Assembly: GCA_013166775.1 (NCBI GenBank) | Contig: JABLTJ010000007.1 | Span: forward strand, 1 to 64,000 | DNA length: 64,000 nucleotides | Direction of reading: 5' to 3' | Source of the DNA: Promethearchaeati archaeon | GTDB lineage: Archaea; Asgardarchaeota; Heimdallarchaeia; Heimdallarchaeales; Heimdallarchaeaceae | In this document: positions 60,619 to 64,000 of the stretch, in pieces | Position numbering within the stretch: the stretch's first letter is position 1 | Layout of the letters: each line of letters opens with the position of its first letter | Notes under the pieces: model-generated | The model's input: the letters and a program-made list of their open reading frames with translations, nothing else | Databases searched by the model: none | What the model was told of the DNA's origin: nothing | Made by a program: the position numbers and the translations under genes

Positions 60619-61717
60619 ATTACCTATTACTTATCCACACTTTGGATCTTTAACATATGTTTTCGAAATAATCCTTAGAGAACTTGGAAGAACAGATATT
60701 ATGCTTCCAAAAAAACCTAGCAAGAAAACTTCTGAACTTGGATCACGATATTCACCCGAATTCGTTTGCACACCCTTCAAGTTAACTCTTGGAACTTTTA
60801 TAGAGATGCTAAATCTGGGTGCCGATGAGCTCGGAATAGGTGGAGGGAATATGTATTGTCGCTTTGGTCTTTATTGGCCTGTTCAAGAACTCATTTTAGA
60901 AGATTTAGGTTTTGAGTTCAAATTTATTCCTATTCCTATTTATGATAAACCACTTGGTCTTGTTAGATCATTACAAGCTGAAAGCAACAATTGTACTGTT
61001 TGGGAAACAATTAAAGCTTTTAGAACCACATGGATTAAAACCAGATATATTGAGTTGGTCGACGAGCTACATTTCAAATATAGAACTTTAGAACTTGAAA
61101 AGAATCAAGCGGACAGACTCGCAGAAGAAACTCACAGAAAGATTGTAGAAATAAAAGGTTTGAGAAATTTAAGGGAATATGGTAAAAAACTTCCAGAACT
61201 GTTCGATAAAACAATTGAGATTGATAAGAAAAAAGAGAAAGAAGCCCTTAAGATTGGTGTGTGTGGAGAGATTTATGTAGCTCTAGAACCTGCTTTAAAT
61301 CTTGATATTCACAGGAAATTGAATGATTTGGGAGTAATTACTAAAAACTGTGTTTCTTTTGGAATGCTTATCGATTTTGGACGAAAAATCAATCCATTTA
61401 AAACCTTACCCTATCAAAAAGCTAGAAAAGTAGCTAAACCATATATAGGACAAAGATGCGGAGGAGAAGCTCAAGAAAATATAGGTGATATAATTCTTTA
61501 TAAGAAGAAGAGGTGGGATGGATTGGTTCACCTATACCCCTTTACTTGTATGCCTGAAATAATTACTCGAAGTATAGCTCCTCAAGTTAGTAGGGAGTAT
61601 GAATTGCCTTTCTTATCGCTAGTTATCGATGAACATACAGCAGAGGCAGGATATCAAACAAGATTGGAAGCTTTTGTTGATTTATTAAATAGAAAAAGGG
61701 AGAAAATGGTAGTCTAA
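60602..61717 (+). CDS. 2-hydroxyacyl-CoA dehydratase-related (CoA activase-associated) subunit
   Basis: PEFVCTPFK; CRFGLY; GEIYV; PFTCMPE; DEHTAEAGYQTRLEAFVD. Confidence 0.82.
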   Translation: MTGGIKLPITYPHFGSLTYVFEIILRELGRTDIMLPKKPSKKTSELGSRYSPEFVCTPFKLTLGTFIEMLNLGADELGIGGGNMYCRFGLYWPVQELILEDLGFEFKFIPIPIYDKPLGLVRSLQAESNNCTVWETIKAFRTTWIKTRYIELVDELHFKYRTLELEKNQADRLAEETHRKIVEIKGLRNLREYGKKLPELFDKTIEIDKKKEKEALKIGVCGEIYVALEPALNLDIHRKLNDLGVITKNCVSFGMLIDFGRKINPFKTLPYQKARKVAKPYIGQRCGGEAQENIGDIILYKKKRWDGLVHLYPFTCMPEIITRSIAPQVSREYELPFLSLVIDEHTAEAGYQTRLEAFVDLLNRKREKMVV

Positions 61718-61744
61718 TAAAACTTTGAATTGAGTTATTTGAAA

Positions 61745-61880
61745 GGTGAGAAAAATACTTTCTTGGAGTATTTTTGGTTCTATTAGGATAAAAACTGCAC
61801 TAATAATTCAACAGTATAAAGAGGAAGAACACTTGATTAAATATAAATTCTTTCAGTACGTGTTTATCCCATTTGACTGA
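61745..61880 (+). pseudogene. Eroded 5' remnant of the ATP-dependent dehydratase activase (HgdC/BadF ASKHA family)
   Basis: KYFLGV (to 61770), 5 nt, then GSIRIKTALI (from 61776), resembling YxLGxDxGSxxxKxxL at the expected operon position. Confidence 0.45.
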
Positions 61881-61999
61881 ATGTATATCAGTTCTATCTA
61901 TAAAGCTATCAATATCGTATTGTTTAGCTTATTATACAAATAATGAGATGCTTTTTTTAACGTTCTCTGGAAAAGTTATTCCAATAATTTTTTATTAAT

Positions 62000-63265
62000 A
62001 TGGTTTCAGCTAATTCAATGAAATTAGACCACTTGAATCTTGATGTTAAGATTAATCCAGAAGATTCATCAATAACTAGCATAGCTCTAATAAATCTCAG
62101 TAAAATTGAATCTAAATTGAGTGGAATCTTACTAAATCCAGATTTATTATGGGAGAAAGTTGTTGCAATACATGGAAATCAAGAATTTCAACTCGAACCT
62201 GTTGAAATTGATGTTTCTGAAAATATTCTGTATAATGTAGCTAAATCATGGGAATTTGAACTTCCCTCAGAACTAAAGAACTTAGATTCTTTAACTGTTT
62301 CATTTACATATTCAGGAAAGATAGTTGACACTACTTGGAATTTAAATCGCATTACTTCAACTGAAGTAGAACTAGCAGATTATGCGTTGTGGTATCCATA
62401 TATCAACCAAGCATCATTTTCATTTAATCTGACTCTTCATGCTCCAGAAGACTGGGTCTGGATCTCTAATGCATATTCAAAACCATGTAAGCAATGTTTC
62501 AAATGGAGAAATCCAAATCCCCAGATAGGAATAGTACTAGTTGGTTATCCAGAGAATCAAGCAATACAGGAAAAGAAGAGAAGCATTCTACAAGGATCAA
62601 ACAAAAATTATAATAAATTCCGTTCTTTGGAAATAGAATTTAACAAGATAATTCAGAAACAGATTGACTGGTTAGGATCTCCCCTTCAAGAAAATTTTTC
62701 TATAGTTCTTGTACATAGGGAGAAAGGAGGATCATATGTTCGAGGTAACTTAATGATTTATCCTGAGGTACTACCAGAAGAGTATTTTACTAAATTCAGC
62801 AAAAACGTTATTACATCATGGATTCATGAATATTCTCATCTATGGTTTAATAAATCACCAACTGATAATTGGCATAATTGGATAGATGAATCTTTAGCAG
62901 AATATAGTGCTTATCTAATGGCAAAAGATCATTTTGGTGAGGAATTCTTTGAAACGATAATTAAGAGAAGAAAGGAAATTGTAGAAGAAGCCGGAGAGTT
63001 ACCTCCAATTAATTCTATTAATAGATCGCATGAAAAATCATATATATTGTTCTATCACTGGGGAGCTTTAATTCATGAATCTATAAGAGAGAAAATAGGA
63101 GATAAGCTCATGAAACAGATTATTAGAGATTTTGCACAGAAATCTCTTGAAAAAGAACAAGTTGAAACAAAGGATTATGTTGAGAGTGTAAACCTTATCA
63201 CGAAAGAAGATTGGGAAGATTTTATTTACAAGAAAATATTTTCCCCACCTGAATTTAAAAATTAA
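62000..63265 (+). CDS. M1-family-like gluzincin metallopeptidase
   Basis: HEYSHLWF...WIDESLAEY (HExxH plus downstream Glu); YHWGALI. Confidence 0.85.
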   Translation: MVSANSMKLDHLNLDVKINPEDSSITSIALINLSKIESKLSGILLNPDLLWEKVVAIHGNQEFQLEPVEIDVSENILYNVAKSWEFELPSELKNLDSLTVSFTYSGKIVDTTWNLNRITSTEVELADYALWYPYINQASFSFNLTLHAPEDWVWISNAYSKPCKQCFKWRNPNPQIGIVLVGYPENQAIQEKKRSILQGSNKNYNKFRSLEIEFNKIIQKQIDWLGSPLQENFSIVLVHREKGGSYVRGNLMIYPEVLPEEYFTKFSKNVITSWIHEYSHLWFNKSPTDNWHNWIDESLAEYSAYLMAKDHFGEEFFETIIKRRKEIVEEAGELPPINSINRSHEKSYILFYHWGALIHESIREKIGDKLMKQIIRDFAQKSLEKEQVETKDYVESVNLITKEDWEDFIYKKIFSPPEFKN

Positions 63266-63271
63266 TAAAAA

Positions 63272-63979
63272 TCACTTAATAAAATCAGCAAGCGTTTTTT
63301 GTTTGTAACGTTTGTTATTTGTTCCTTTCAAATCCCTCAGAGTTTTAATATCAGTTAGATATGCTGATGCATTAGGTATTTTGCTGTGATCTTTTCTTAA
63401 GATAGATTTTATTCCCCCATAAGACATGTAGATATCAGAATAATTTGAAACTAGTTGAACAGCTGTTTCTCTTACTTCTTTTTCTTCATAAAATAATGCT
63501 GCTGACAAAGGAGCTATCGCTGAAGGATCTTTCAATTCTTTCAAAGCCTTGATCAAAGCTTTAGCTGCTGACTTACCTATCCTCTCTAGAGCATAAACAG
63601 CATACTCACGAACAATCACATCTTCCTTCTCATCTTTGAGTGTAGCGATTAAAGGTCCAATTGCTTTTGGACTACCTATTTTTCCAAGAGTTTCTGTTGC
63701 ACATATGCGAACTCTACTTCTATTATTCCCTAGTTCAACGATAAGTGGATCAACTGCTTGATAACCTATTTCTTCTAAAGCTTTTGCAGCTATATAGCGA
63801 ATATCTTTGTCTTCATCTTTGAGTGTATCAATTAAAGGTTCGATTATGGGTTCACCTAATCTGATCAAAGCAGAAAAAGCAGATTCAATTTCAGAAGCAT
63901 CTTCGGATCTCAGTTCACTTATTATCCTATGAAAGTCTTCTCCACTTTCGAATCTTTTTATGTATTTGTCTACGCTCAT
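63272..63979 (-). CDS. HEAT/PBS-lyase repeat protein with C-terminal PIP-box-like motif
   Basis: Repeats LIDTLKDEDKDIRYIAAKALEEIG; ends QKTLADFIK. Confidence 0.85.
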   Translation of the reverse strand: MSVDKYIKRFESGEDFHRIISELRSEDASEIESAFSALIRLGEPIIEPLIDTLKDEDKDIRYIAAKALEEIGYQAVDPLIVELGNNRSRVRICATETLGKIGSPKAIGPLIATLKDEKEDVIVREYAVYALERIGKSAAKALIKALKELKDPSAIAPLSAALFYEEKEVRETAVQLVSNYSDIYMSYGGIKSILRKDHSKIPNASAYLTDIKTLRDLKGTNNKRYKQKTLADFIK

Positions 63980-64000
63980 ATCGAACCCTATCTGTTACTA

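Overview
AT-rich archaeal chromosomal window, most likely from an Asgard archaeon (Heimdallarchaeia-like). This assignment is inferred from TATA boxes about 25 nt upstream of leaderless starts, a TrmB regulator, large TPR proteins, membrane proteins with double zinc ribbons, and secreted proteins with a C-terminal TM helix plus polybasic tail. Content: a group 3b [NiFe] hydrogenase operon with maturation protease, pdxST, MFS/MMPL transporters, GH38 alpha-mannosidase, acyl-CoA synthetase, aminotransferases, an 1804-aa anchored S8 protease and other peptidases, plus a cell-surface cluster at about 19.3-28.7 kb. I found no rRNA, tRNA, CRISPR array or intact transposase. Main oddities: (1) a threonine-synthase-fold protein lacking its PLP lysine (NPTGTFRDR) fused to a wHTH; (2) a circularly permuted family-5 solute-binding protein and a nearby single-lobe mini version, both without ABC genes; (3) a secreted (Cys-Asp)n/RDQ-repeat protein; (4) eukaryote-type or DNA-maintenance modules in odd fusions (zf-PARP, HEAT+PIP box, TrmB+PH-like, TPR-like+HhH); (5) a catalytically dead M28 peptidase; (6) seven broken or remnant genes that the ORF track misses or truncates, one broken by an exact 5-bp duplication. 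All calls come from reading motifs by eye; no database searches were run.
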